The position numbers and the translations under genes are program-made. The notes beneath the pieces are model-generated. The model saw only the letters and a list, made by a program, of their open reading frames with translations, was not told the DNA's origin and did no database searches. DNA of 63,795 bases, the filler included, from Aduncisulcus paluster (lineage: Eukaryota): NCBI GenBank assembly GCA_024181965.1. It is 7 parts of 7 records of this genome, joined end to end, with 100 filler letters (N's around TTAATTAATTAA, not from the genome) between each part and the next. Parts side by side here need not be neighbours in the genome. Positions count along the whole stretch, not along the records: positions 47,105 to 53,176 come from BQXS01012547.1; positions 53,277 to 56,398 come from BQXS01012551.1; positions 56,499 to 59,382 come from BQXS01012552.1; 4 more parts are not named here. The stretch is one strand, 5' to 3'. Below, piece after piece: positions 47,107 through 57,962 of the stretch; position 1 is the first letter of the stretch, and each line of letters starts with the position of its first letter.

Positions 47107-47955
47107 GTTAGAATCCTCTTCGGTCCTACTTCGGCTAACTATAGCTGTGTTTATAGCTCCAAAGAAGTAGAAGTCGAAAAAATAGATTATTACCCACCAC
47201 CTCCTCCTCCACCACCCTTATATCCCTCCACTATGGTTGTTGGGGTAGATCCTGGGCGTGCAGCACTTGCCGGAGTGGCGGTTCTCTCGTGTTCCCCCAG
47301 TGGTACGGTTTCAAATCAATCTTCTGTAATATGCACATTAATTCCAGCTCCTTCGCGCAAAATCAGTACTAGGGTAAATAATATTATGAAATTGTTTAAC
47401 AAAATAGATTTTATTTCGACAAGAGAAGACCCTATAGCCAGACTGAGCCAAGAATTTGGAAAATATGAAATTATTTCTAAATTAAGGGAAAAACGTGTGT
47501 TTCGGAGGAAAAGAATGGGGTTGAGAACCAAAAAGGAGCGCCAAGTTCGATCATTTGCAACTTCAATGGTCTGTACTGCTCAGAAAGAAATGAAAACCTT
47601 GTTGGTTGCTTATGGGGATGGTGGGGAGGCATATAAAAAATGTTTTTCTCCAACATCGAAGTATTACCCTCCAAACGGCTCTACCAAATGGTTCCCAGAT
47701 AGGGTTAAAAAGCAAGTAGAGGCTGCTAATGGTTTTTTTGTCACAGTGGATGAATACCACACTTCAAAACTCTGTCCTGTGTGTCACGCTGAATTAAAAA
47801 CAATTGATGCCAAAAATCGCATAAGACAATGCCCAAATTGTGGCGTGACTGGAAATCGGGATTGTTTTGCTGCACAGAATATTGCCATGCTTGGCCTTTT
47901 GCAGTGGATGGGAAAAGAACGGCCCCATGAATTTTGTTGTCACTATCATGAATAA
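47107..47955 (+). CDS. Fanzor (eukaryotic TnpB-family RNA-guided RuvC endonuclease), Fanzor1-like, 5'-truncated
   Basis: RuvC-I VVGVDPG, a basic bridge helix, VAYGDG, relocated Glu in VDEYHTSK, a CPVC...CPNC zinc finger, RuvC-III NRDCFAAQNI and a C-terminal RPHEF. The frame is open upstream to the contig edge. Confidence 0.9.
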   Translation, partial: VRILFGPTSANYSCVYSSKEVEVEKIDYYPPPPPPPPLYPSTMVVGVDPGRAALAGVAVLSCSPSGTVSNQSSVICTLIPAPSRKISTRVNNIMKLFNKIDFISTREDPIARLSQEFGKYEIISKLREKRVFRRKRMGLRTKKERQVRSFATSMVCTAQKEMKTLLVAYGDGGEAYKKCFSPTSKYYPPNGSTKWFPDRVKKQVEAANGFFVTVDEYHTSKLCPVCHAELKTIDAKNRIRQCPNCGVTGNRDCFAAQNIAMLGLLQWMGKERPHEFCCHYHE

Positions 47956-48161
47956 GATTTATTCGTTGGTTGAAGTTGTTCCGAGCACTGAATGATGATG
48001 TTGCAAAAATGGAGAATCAATGAAAAAAAAATCAATAAAAACAAATGGTATATAATTTTTTTGAAAATAACTCTTTGAAAGAATTTTTTTTTTTTTTTTT
48101 TTCAAGATGCATTTTCTTCGCCACACCTCAAGTCATTTTCTCGAAACCATTATTTATAATG

Positions 48162-49844
48162 ATGCCTATTCTCTTTGACAAATTCCGTAACAAGGGTACT
48201 GCCTTCACTCGTGAAGAACGTGAAGCCCATGGTATTTCCAACCTCCTCCCATGGAAGGTTGAGACTCTTGACGAGCAAATTGACCGTGTTTACCGCATGA
48301 TTCAACAACAACCTACTCGTCTTCAGAAGTGGCTTGTTCTGTACCATGTCCAGAACACCAACGAGACTCTTTTCTACGCTACTGTCCTCAAGCACATTGA
48401 TGAGCTTCTCGGAGTTGTTTATACCCCCACTGTTGGTGATGCCTGTACTGACTACAGCCGTATCTTCACTCGTCCCCGTGGAATGTACTTCTCCCTCCGT
48501 GACAAGGGTATGATCCGTCGTAGACTCGACAACTGGAAGAACCCCGTTGATGCCATTGTTGTTTCTGATGGTACTCGTATCCTTGGTCTCGGAGACCTCG
48601 GTGTCGGTGGTCATGGTATCACTGTCGGAAAGCTCTCCCTCTACACTTGTGCTGCCGGTTTCCACCCCGAGCGTGTTCTCCCCATCAGTTTGGACACTGG
48701 TACCAGGAGAGATGACCTCCGTGAAGACTCTCGTTACCTTGGTATCAAGGAGGGCCGTGCTCCCTTCGCTGAGAGAAAGGTTCTTGTTGATGAGCTCGTC
48801 TGGGCTGTCCAAGACAAGTGGCCTGAATGTGTGTTCCAGTTCGAAGATTTCTCCAATGATACCGCCTTTGACTTCCTTGAAGCCCACAGATACCATGGTC
48901 TCGCTGTCTTCAACGACGATATCCAAGGTACTGGTTGTATCACTGCTGCTGTCTTCCTTGCTGCCCTCAAGTCCATTGGACTCACTTCTGAGACCAAGAA
49001 GACTCTCATGGCCAAGGACCAAAGATTTGTTTTCCTTGGTGCTGGTGCTGGAGGTGTTGGTGTTGCTGACTGTTTGGCTGAGCTACTTGTTGAAGAAGGT
49101 CTCTCTTGGGAAGAGGCCAGAGAGAAGTTCTGGCTCATTGATTCCCGTGGTTTGATCACCCAGACCCGTGCTGACTTCAAGGCCGGTAAGTTGGCCAAAC
49201 ACAAGGTCCCCTATGCCAAGAAGGTTGAGCTCACTGAAGGTAAGGAAATGAACCTTTTGGAGGCTGTCAAGTTCGTTAAACCCACTGCTTTGATTGGTCT
49301 TTCTACCATTGCCAATGCTTTCAATGCTGAGGTTCTCAAGGCTCTCGATGAGGGTTGTCCTCACCAGAAACCTGTTGTCTTTGCTCTTTCCAACCCTACC
49401 ATCAAGACTGAGGTCACCAATGCTGACTGCTACAAGTTCCTCAAGGACCGTTGTATCTACGCCTCTGGATCCCCTCAGGCTAAAGTTACTCGTGCTGATG
49501 GTGTTGTTGTCAACACTACCCAGTGTAACAACTTCTTCGTCTTCCCTGCTATTGGTCTCGCCGCCTCTATCGCCAAGGCCTCTGAGGTCCCCCAGAGCTT
49601 GTTCTCCACCATTTCTCACAGACTCGCTGACCTTGTCCCCGAGGAGAAACTTATGAGAGGAGAGTGTTCCCCTGAGATCAGTGACATTAGAGACATCACT
49701 GTTGGTCTCACCGTCTCTGGTATCAAGAATCTTGTCGGCAAGGGTGTCGCCAGATGCTCCGTTTGTAAGAGTCTTGTTGCTGCTGGTGACGACGAGCAAC
49801 TCACCAAGTGGGTTAGATCCAAACAATGGGAACCCGTGTACTAA
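48162..49844 (+). CDS. Malic enzyme (malate dehydrogenase, decarboxylating)
   Basis: Motifs NKGTAFT, NETLFY, VYTPTVGDAC, RILGLGDLG, QFEDF, FNDDIQGTG, FLGAGAGG, FALSNPT and QCNNFFVFP. Strong codon bias. Start is 48159 or 48162; the longer ORF crosses a poly-T tract. Confidence 0.97.
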   Translation: MPILFDKFRNKGTAFTREEREAHGISNLLPWKVETLDEQIDRVYRMIQQQPTRLQKWLVLYHVQNTNETLFYATVLKHIDELLGVVYTPTVGDACTDYSRIFTRPRGMYFSLRDKGMIRRRLDNWKNPVDAIVVSDGTRILGLGDLGVGGHGITVGKLSLYTCAAGFHPERVLPISLDTGTRRDDLREDSRYLGIKEGRAPFAERKVLVDELVWAVQDKWPECVFQFEDFSNDTAFDFLEAHRYHGLAVFNDDIQGTGCITAAVFLAALKSIGLTSETKKTLMAKDQRFVFLGAGAGGVGVADCLAELLVEEGLSWEEAREKFWLIDSRGLITQTRADFKAGKLAKHKVPYAKKVELTEGKEMNLLEAVKFVKPTALIGLSTIANAFNAEVLKALDEGCPHQKPVVFALSNPTIKTEVTNADCYKFLKDRCIYASGSPQAKVTRADGVVVNTTQCNNFFVFPAIGLAASIAKASEVPQSLFSTISHRLADLVPEEKLMRGECSPEISDIRDITVGLTVSGIKNLVGKGVARCSVCKSLVAAGDDEQLTKWVRSKQWEPVY

Positions 49845-50034
49845 TTGTATTCGTGAAGTGTTGTTTCTCGCCTGTTTGTCTTCTCAATTGCTATTTTTTT
49901 TTTGTCATGTTAAATTCTATTTTTTGATTTAATTAGGTTTAATTGTAATAAATTTGATAGGATATTCTCTCATTTATTCCTGTATTCAGTGACATAGTCG
50001 ATCGATACGATCTGTATTAATAAGTTGAAATTCG

Positions 50035-50474
50035 ACTGTTGAATTGGTTCACAATATAAATGCCTGAAGAATTCCATGACTTTTTTTCAACGAAATGTGT
50101 ATCTCCAACAACATTCTCATCCTTAATTTCCGTGGCTTCTACTCAGATAAAAGATACAACTAGTTATAGTCTATTCTCTTCGTTTTTAAATATTATTGAA
50201 TCATATTTTCAAAAAAATACAGACTTTGAAAAACATATTAAGTGNNNNNNNNNNNNNNNNNNNNCTGTTGAATTGGTTCACAATATAAATGCCTGAAGAA
50301 TTCCATGACTTTTTTTCAACGAAATGTGTATCTCCAACAACATTCTCATCCTTAATTTCCGTGGCTTCTACTCAGATAAAAGATACAACTAGTTATAGTC
50401 TATTCTCTTCGTTTTTAAATATTATTGAATCATATTTTCAAAAAAATACAGACTTTGAAAAACATATTAAGTGT
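50035..50474. repeat. 210-bp duplication flanking the 20-N gap 50245-50264
   Basis: CTGTTGAATTGG...ATTAAGTG is identical on both sides. Likely an unmerged overlap. Confidence 0.9.
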
Positions 50475-53176
50475 GATATTGAATCATCCATCCCATATCT
50501 ACCTCCTTCACATCCCTTATCTTTATTCTTGTCATTACTCTCCACTTCTGGCCGCATTTTATGCTCAATATGCAAATATCTAACTATTGATCAAAATGTT
50601 GTCTCAAAATGTTTCTTTGGTGGATGTGAAATAGAGTTTAATACTTTCGATGGTTCTAATCATTCTCATCACATACTCTTAGAATCAATATTATCACTAA
50701 ATGAACCATTGAAGCCAATTGAGTTATTATCTTCCTCTTTATCATGTTCTTCAGAGTTTTCTGGAAAAGCTATTGTTGGATTCGTCCCCTCCATTATTTC
50801 TCAGATCAGACTCTGTGAATTGATTCGTGAAAGAATAAGATATCTTGAAAATCCATTTTCTGACAATTTTGAAAAAGAATCTCCCGATAATTATTCTAAA
50901 AAAAATCAGTCTATTATTGGCATTGTCTCTTCACTTTCTCAGGCACTTCTTGAGTCTTTTGCACAATGTATGAAGGAAAACAGTGACGAATGCATTCGAA
51001 TTTGTATTTGTTGTTGTTTTAATGCCGAAAAAAAAGAAGAAATCGAAGAACGTGAAGAAGAATCGGATATTAAGGAGACTTCCTCCATCCCCTCGAAGTC
51101 TTCCTTAAATCAAGCTTCTACAACGCATATTAAAAGCTCTGAAGGGCTTTATTCAAAAGAATTAACAACATTAGACGAATCTCCACCCGATGATATTGTT
51201 CCGACCAATCTTGATAAAGAGGATTCACGATCTGAAGACAAGAAACCTCCACCATCTAACTCTTCATCTAGTCAATCGTTCGTGTCTCCCCTGCTTCCTG
51301 GGACTCCCACTCCCCTGGGGTCTCCCTGGGTCGATGAGGATGATGCTGATATTAGTTCGATCGTTATTGCTCCCATTGAGGATACAAAGAAATATCTTCA
51401 TGTCCACAGCCATATAATCTCTCTTAAATCAATCATCATATCATCATTTCTCAAACTATTGGGGGAATATCCCAGTATTATTTCTCCATCTGCTTCCCAC
51501 TCCATTGTTCAAACTGTATGCGTTGAATTACGACTAATCGAGGAGGTTTGTCGGAGTATTCACGCTGCTAGGAATCAAGACTATCATGAACTTGGAAGCT
51601 CTTTGTCCAAAGACTCATCTAAAGAGGCTATAGACATCGATACACTCCACTGCTCAAAGGGTGAGGATGATGCATCAGGGATTGTCGGACATGGTGAAGA
51701 CAGTGAATCTCTGCTCACCCCTGCGTTTAATCCAGTCACCATTGAGGATAATGATAATGCTGTCATCGAGTGTGCTGATAGCAAGAAAATTCTTTTCAGA
51801 ATGCTTCTGTCATATTTTTCATACCTTTTAGAGATTGTTGCGATGTGTGTATCGCTTTTTCCTGAAGCACACTCTTCGTTCTTGCATTCTAATGGGTTTA
51901 AAGCCTTGATTAATGTGTTTCGTGTGCTTGATGTGAAGGGTGAAAGAGAAGAGATCGGACAACGTGTGAGAACCAGACTCTGGAATCTCGGAATAGAGCA
52001 TGTGAATCTCTCTCAATTGTGCTTTGTATATAATATTGATTCTCAAATATTTCCTGATGATGTTGCTATTGGTGAAAGAAAAGAATCTAACCTATTCATG
52101 AAAAAATCGANNNNNNNNNNNNNNNNNNNNATGCTTCTGTCATATTTTTCATACCTTTTAGAGATTGTTGCGATGTGTGTATCGCTTTTTCCTGAAGCAC
52201 ACTCTTCGTTCTTGCATTCTAATGGGTTTAAAGCCTTGATTAATGTGTTTCGTGTGCTTGATGTGAAGGGTGAAAGAGAAGAGATCGGACAACGTGTGAG
52301 AACCAGACTCTGGAATCTCGGAATAGAGCATGTGAATCTCTCTCAATTGTGCTTTGTATATAATATTGATTCTCAAATATTTCCTGATGATGTTGCTATT
52401 GGTGAAAGAAAAGAATCTAACCTATTCATGAAAAAATCGAAAAAGAGAGAAGACAAAGAGAAGATAGATCTTGCGTACAATGGGGAGTCGATGGATTCTG
52501 AAGGAAATGATGATTCATACCTTAGAAAATGTTCTCTCGAGGAATGGAAAACCCTAATGCAGACTGTCAGTGTAGGTAATTCTAATTTTAGTGATTCCTC
52601 AAAGAAGATCGGGTATAATCTTCCATGTTGGATATCTGATGGATCCATCCTGCCTGTTCTGCTGGCACATATAAACTCCTGTTGTGGTGGTAATAACATT
52701 TCTCTGCTTGAAACGAAATCAGCTCCAGACATAACCCATCCCAGGGCATATGATTCAAGACTCTATCATATGGAACTCCTTGTTCGTGATCTTGAACGTG
52801 TGACCGGCATCGCTCTCCGGAGAAGAATAGAAGTGGAAAGAATGGTTTCACTTGGAAATATTCCCTCTGAAGTGAGTTCTTTTGAGACATTTATTTCTTC
52901 TTTTCATCCACTTTTAATAACAAATCTCTCAAGAGTATTTGAACACAACAAGAAAATATTATCATTTTATTCCTTCGATGTCATCAATTCATATATTGCT
53001 GATTTGTGCTCTATTTTTAGCCTTTCCTGCACTGATCAAACCAAACTTGAAGGAAACTCCCATTTTTCTCCCGTTCAAAAGCTTTTATCCCCAGATTCCA
53101 TTGATTCTTTGTGTCGAGAGTTTATTGATTCTGTCTCATCCCCTCTTTCTCTTCAATCGTCTCCCTTATTGGTTTA
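50289..53176 (+). CDS. Hypothetical helical protein, 3'-partial, spanning gap 52111-52130
   Basis: Long ORF running into the linker. No family recognised. Confidence 0.7.
51801..52440. repeat. 310-bp duplication flanking the 20-N gap 52111-52130
   Basis: ATGCTTCTGTC...AAAAAATCGA is identical on both sides. Confidence 0.9.
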
Positions 53177-53276
53177 NNNNNNNNNNNNNNNNNNNNNNNN
53201 NNNNNNNNNNNNNNNNNNNNTTAATTAATTAANNNNNNNNNNNNNNNNNNNNNNNNNNNNNNNNNNNNNNNNNNNN

Positions 53277-54260
53277 TCTCACGCTGGGTTCGTGTAGAGG
53301 TAGGGAGAGAAGGATTCTGTTCAGATCGTGAAGATATCATAGATATGGAGAGAGAAGGAATGCGTGCACCCAAAAACTTCATCATCCAGCCCCGATTAAC
53401 CAGTATGGAAGCTCATATATGGCATTGGCTATCATGGAGACGGAGTCAGGAGAGTGAACTTAGATAGGGAATCCCATTTCGATTTATTTTGTCTGTCGGA
53501 GTGATAAGGGGAATACTTTCATGATCAACTTCCGAACATAATGCCCTTTTGGGAGGGGATTTTAACCTTTTATCTGAAACCTTACCTAAAAAGAAAATTT
53601 TTGTTTTTCTTCGGCCCATGACCTAGAAATAACAGGTGGAAGAGGAATATCTTCATGATTAAAGGAAGGAACAAAAAAATCATCATCAAAAGCATCGTAA
53701 AAATCTTCATCAGAAGGTGAATCTAAAAAAAAAAACTGAAATTTGGGCTTGACAAAGCTGTATTGTCTTACATGCGTTAGAAAACAACTCTTACCATAGT
53801 CATACAATTGTGTGAGGACGGATACCACTAGCCCCATTACGGGCGCAGATATAAATTAACGACGTATCGTTCGTTATTAGTGTTATTCGATTGCATTTTA
53901 TGAGAATTAATGAGATCTCCATATGTAGAAGATCTATCCCAAAGAGGTCGTGAGGAACATGACAAACATCTAATGCCTCACATGTAAATCCAATCTAACT
54001 TTCGAATCTCATCTCTACACCACATGAAGCGCAGACTACAAGCTGCTAATTTTTGTAGTATTGCTGAAGGGATAGTTGCTTTCTCAATATAACATATTGC
54101 GAAATCTCGGAGGAGTCTCTCCATTGAAACAAATACTTTGTTTCTTTCAACTTCTCTTTTCTTACGGCAATCTATCTCACGCTGGGTTCGTGTAGAGGAG
54201 AGAGAAGGAATATGCTCATTCTGTGAAGATATCATAGAGGTGGAGAGAGAAGGAATACGT
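53277..54260. repeat. Diverged direct repeat of about 85 bp (53277-53365 and 54175-54260)
   Basis: Both copies share TCTCACGCTGGGTTCGTGTAGAGG, GTGAAGATATCATAGA and GGAGAGAGAAGGAAT. Confidence 0.85.
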
Positions 54261-54920
54261 TCATCCTGTTGAGTTGAGATGTTGATCCATTACGGCGAAT
54301 GCTGCATTACACAGGAGGAGGAAGAGGAAGAGGAAGAAGGAATGTGCTCATCTCGCAGAGTAATGACAGTGCACATAACTTCATGATAGCGGACGTCAAA
54401 GAGCAAGTTTGGGTAGCTCTTATGGTTCCTCTGAGATCGGGTCTTGACGTCCTGCAATCACCAAGCAGAACTTTCTTTCCTCTTGCCATGCAATGAAAAC
54501 ATGGTGTAATGTACCTCCAATGGGCATTCCGCTGTCTTTGGCTCGTTGTGGATTGTCGACAACCATCGACTCCAACATACCGATGACCAAGCATTCTTCT
54601 CCTCCTCACTTCTATTGTGTCGATCCCACTCTGGAGGAAAATCATATCATTCACAAGTTTCGATGTCATCACTGAGAGCATGTCTGGGTGGAAGTTGCTT
54701 ACTTCAGTGATACCTCGAAAACTTGCCTTCTCAGCCCTTGGAAGGTTGACCATTGTGGACTTCCCAGACATCAATATATAATATAAATATTCCTGGCAAT
54801 TATCTTTTGATTCAATGTGAAATAATCTCCCATCGTGCCAACAAAATTTTCCTTGGTGAAGAGTGGATCTTGTTTTGGTGCTCACTGTTTCTCTAAACTG
54901 TAAACACTGAATTCCGAGAT

Positions 54921-55491
54921 TTACCGCATTTGAATGGAACCTTTTTTGTTCCTGAGAACCTGTTGGTTCTTTTTGTTCGAATGTTCCCAGGTGGCGGTGT
55001 TAACATTCGCAACGTGACCAAACCGAATTATTATCTCAACTAATTGACAAGGAATTGCATGCAATGCCACAATAGAGGATGGGAGAGAGAGAGAATATCA
55101 AATGCATGACATAATACCCGTCAAGATTTCTCGGTGTCTAGTCAATCATCTTGATGATTTCCTTGGCATCGCTCAAAACTGCTGTTCGGAGTCTTGCCAA
55201 ATAATTGCCTTCTAAACGAAGCATTTCGATAATAAGCTCATGAATATCTTCCATCTAAACGTTTACCATCGTAGACTTCATGGCCACTGTCCCCAGCTTG
55301 TTGGAGATGGAAACTCCATCCACAAAACACTGAAAGCCACAATACAGGAGTTTCTTTGGGGTTATTACCTTCCACATCTCTCGGAGGTGTTCTCTCCTTT
55401 CCTCGTGAAGCATTTCATTACACCATAAATCCTCTGCCGCCACCTTCACGATCTGATCAATGTTTCTTGACCTGAATACTGATCCCGCCAA
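54921..55491 (-). mobile_element. Degraded DDE transposase relic (CMC/EnSpm- or Plavaka-like)
   Basis: Stop- and frameshift-broken peptides occur in order: CFVDGVSIS, VLSDAKE, LHAIPCQLVEIIIRFGHVANVNTATWEHSNK. Confidence 0.5.
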
Positions 55492-56498
55492 TTATAGACA
55501 GAGGAAGTGAGAGCCAAGTCCCGGCAGTATCGATGTCTGCTGCCCACTTCCTCTTTCATTGGGGAGTCACTAAGCAAGGAAAAGAGATTATGATCATATC
55601 GTGAAAGGGACGTCACAAGACTTCTGGATGGAGGGGGAAAAAAAGGTATGTTCTTGCACAATATCAGCTTGGGACCTGAGATAGTCACACGTTCACGGTA
55701 AAAAAAAATAAGTTGACGGACATAAATCTACAGGTAGGCCTGTTTGAGAGAGAGCTTTGTGTATTTTTGAAAGAAGAGAAGGAGAAAGCTGAAAATTGAG
55801 AACAAAAGATAAAATCAAAGAAAAACAAGGTGTATCAAAATATTGTGGGATTTTTATGGCCTCTTTTTGGTGGTGGTGAAATTGAAAAATTTGAAAATTC
55901 ACCCACTGTAAAATTTTGGTGGGTTGTTCGAGCCATGACCTGGAATGAGTGCGGTGAGGAACGGGGAATCTAAGAAATATAATCATCGTTATTAAAAAAA
56001 TTATTAAAAAAATCCTGTTTTTTCGATGACTTTTCCATATTTTCTTTGCGGCAGAGACTTTAAAGTACTAAAATGTCCTTCAATACTATTGATTTATAGT
56101 ATAAACCTTCAGATGTCTCTATTATCATGAACTGAGTCAAATTTGGAAATTCATAATTTTTTTGGAGAAATGCGTCCCCATGTCGCATATCGACCTGATA
56201 CCTAACCGAAAACGTTTTATCTAAGAAGTGGAAGTTCTTAATTTTCCTATCATCATCACCACATTAGGTCTGTATGTGATTGGTTCACTGTACCGATGAA
56301 GGAAATTAATTTTAGTAGGATCTAAAAATGGACAATAAGGTGGTAAGAAGGCTAAAATAATGTTATTTTTAAAACAAAATTCAGCAATTGCGATGTTANN
56401 NNNNNNNNNNNNNNNNNNNNNNNNNNNNNNNNNNNNNNNNNNTTAATTAATTAANNNNNNNNNNNNNNNNNNNNNNNNNNNNNNNNNNNNNNNNNNNN

Positions 56499-56696
56499 CT
56501 TAGAATCATCTTTTTCCTTTGAAATTACATCATCGGACAATAAATCGGATTTTTCCTTTTCATCAGATTCTTTGGCATTTTCACCATGACTGGCATCACT
56601 ATCATGGCGTTCAGTTTGTAAATCACCAACAATTTCAAATTCATCATCATTATTATCAATATTGGCGTTTTTCAATTGGCTTCTTGTTTGTACCAT
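56499..56696 (-). CDS. N-terminus of an acidic hypothetical protein, truncated by the contig end
   Basis: MVQTRSQLK... is open into the linker. Confidence 0.5.
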
Positions 56697-57476
56697 TTTA
56701 ACAGAAAAATTTTGGCGTCAATTATACAATAAACTTTAGTTTGATAGGATTTTGATCAAAATGTGGCCAAACTAACTATAATGCGGTCCAATTTATTAAT
56801 AAACAGATCTCGAGCGAACCAATCTATTTTTAGAATGTCCCTGAGAATGGTCACCACAATGTAGGCTTTGAGTTAAAGATTTTACCGATTTTATTTTTAA
56901 AATATACAGAATCCAATATGAAATTGAAGAAAAAAATAGATGAAACGATTCTCAACCTGATGCCGAATTCTGCAAAGGGCTTGGGTTTCTTTATAAATAT
57001 ATCCGGTCCAAAAAGTCGCAAGGAGAAGAAAATGTCGTTTTCAAGACTATTCTCTGGCCATTTCCCCAACATAGTTAGTCCTGCTGCCAAGAAGAGTTGT
57101 CTAAACTTTATAAAGAAACGTCTAGAAACCCTCGATATTATTGTTCCATACCAATAATTTTCAGCCCCGCTCGAAAAACACTGGTGAACGCTATAAATAC
57201 ATAAGGAAAATTATTAGGAAGTTTTTATTAAATTATTCTTTCTAAAAATGGCGCAAGAAACAGGTGAAGTTTTTTTACTCTCCTAATACAGCTATTCTGG
57301 AACCCATACCCACTAAAATTTGTGTAGCAGGATACAGTGGATCCTCAGAGTTCAACTGATGCAATTTGCAAATGGAACTTGTTTGAAACAACGCTTGAAA
57401 TGGGAAATTTGAATGAAAATTTTGACAAAATTCACTAAACAAGTAAAAAATCTATTTATTATATTGAATAATGCTT

Positions 57477-57962
57477 CTATTCTTTCAAATATGGGTGATC
57501 GAGTGCTTTCTTGGCAGAGATCCTTTCTTTGGGATCATAGGCTAACATTTTTTTAAGTAAATCCATTCCTAAAGGTCCAATAATATCCACAGCATCAGGA
57601 CCTAGAGCATCATCAAGTCCCCTTCCCTTGAATGAAGGGAATTTATCACTAAAGTCGGGCAAATCGGTCACTCCAGGCCACATTGTTTCATTGGGAGTTC
57701 CAAGACATCTAAAAATGCTGATAAGTTCGCCTACTTCAGAATCACCGGGGAATAAAGGTTGGCCGGAAGCCATTTCTGCAAAAATGCAACCAACAGACCA
57801 TATATCAACTTGAGTGGAATAGTTTTTACCTCCAAGAAGGATTTCAGGTGCACGATACCACAAGGTCACAACTTCATGAGTATAAGCACGAACTGGGATA
57901 CCAAAGGCACGGGCAAGACCAAAATCTCCGAGTTTAAGCACACCACGACGATCAATCAAAAG
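57477..57962 (-). CDS. CDK1/2-like kinase, C-terminal half only
   Basis: [63 protein letters not shown] and [12 protein letters not shown]. The N-lobe (PSTAIRE region) is absent. Confidence 0.9.
   Translation of the reverse strand, partial: LLIDRRGVLKLGDFGLARAFGIPVRAYTHEVVTLWYRAPEILLGGKNYSTQVDIWSVGCIFAEMASGQPLFPGDSEVGELISIFRCLGTPNETMWPGVTDLPDFSDKFPSFKGRGLDDALGPDAVDIIGPLGMDLLKKMLAYDPKERISAKKALDHPYLKE

Noticed and set aside
47233..47955. Bacterial IS200/IS605 TnpB or Cas12 contamination
   Set aside because: No TnpA or CRISPR array is visible, the RuvC has the Fanzor-type DPG/YGD/DE arrangement, and the contig continues into eukaryote-style genes. Read-level confirmation is still needed.
48045..48161. 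N-terminal extension of the malic enzyme ORF (MVYNFF...FFFFF) as a targeting peptide
   Set aside because: It is translated poly-T intergenic sequence. The codon bias begins at the ATG at 48159/48162.
48150..49826. Long antisense and alternate-frame ORFs over malic enzyme (also over DnaJ, CFAP251 and the first gene)
   Set aside because: These are shadow ORFs produced by strong codon bias, with no recognisable motifs.
7980..52440. Direct repeats flanking the 20-N gaps (8196, 50245, 52111) as real duplications or LTRs
   Set aside because: Each is an identical or near-identical overlap directly either side of a scaffold gap, typical of unmerged contig ends.
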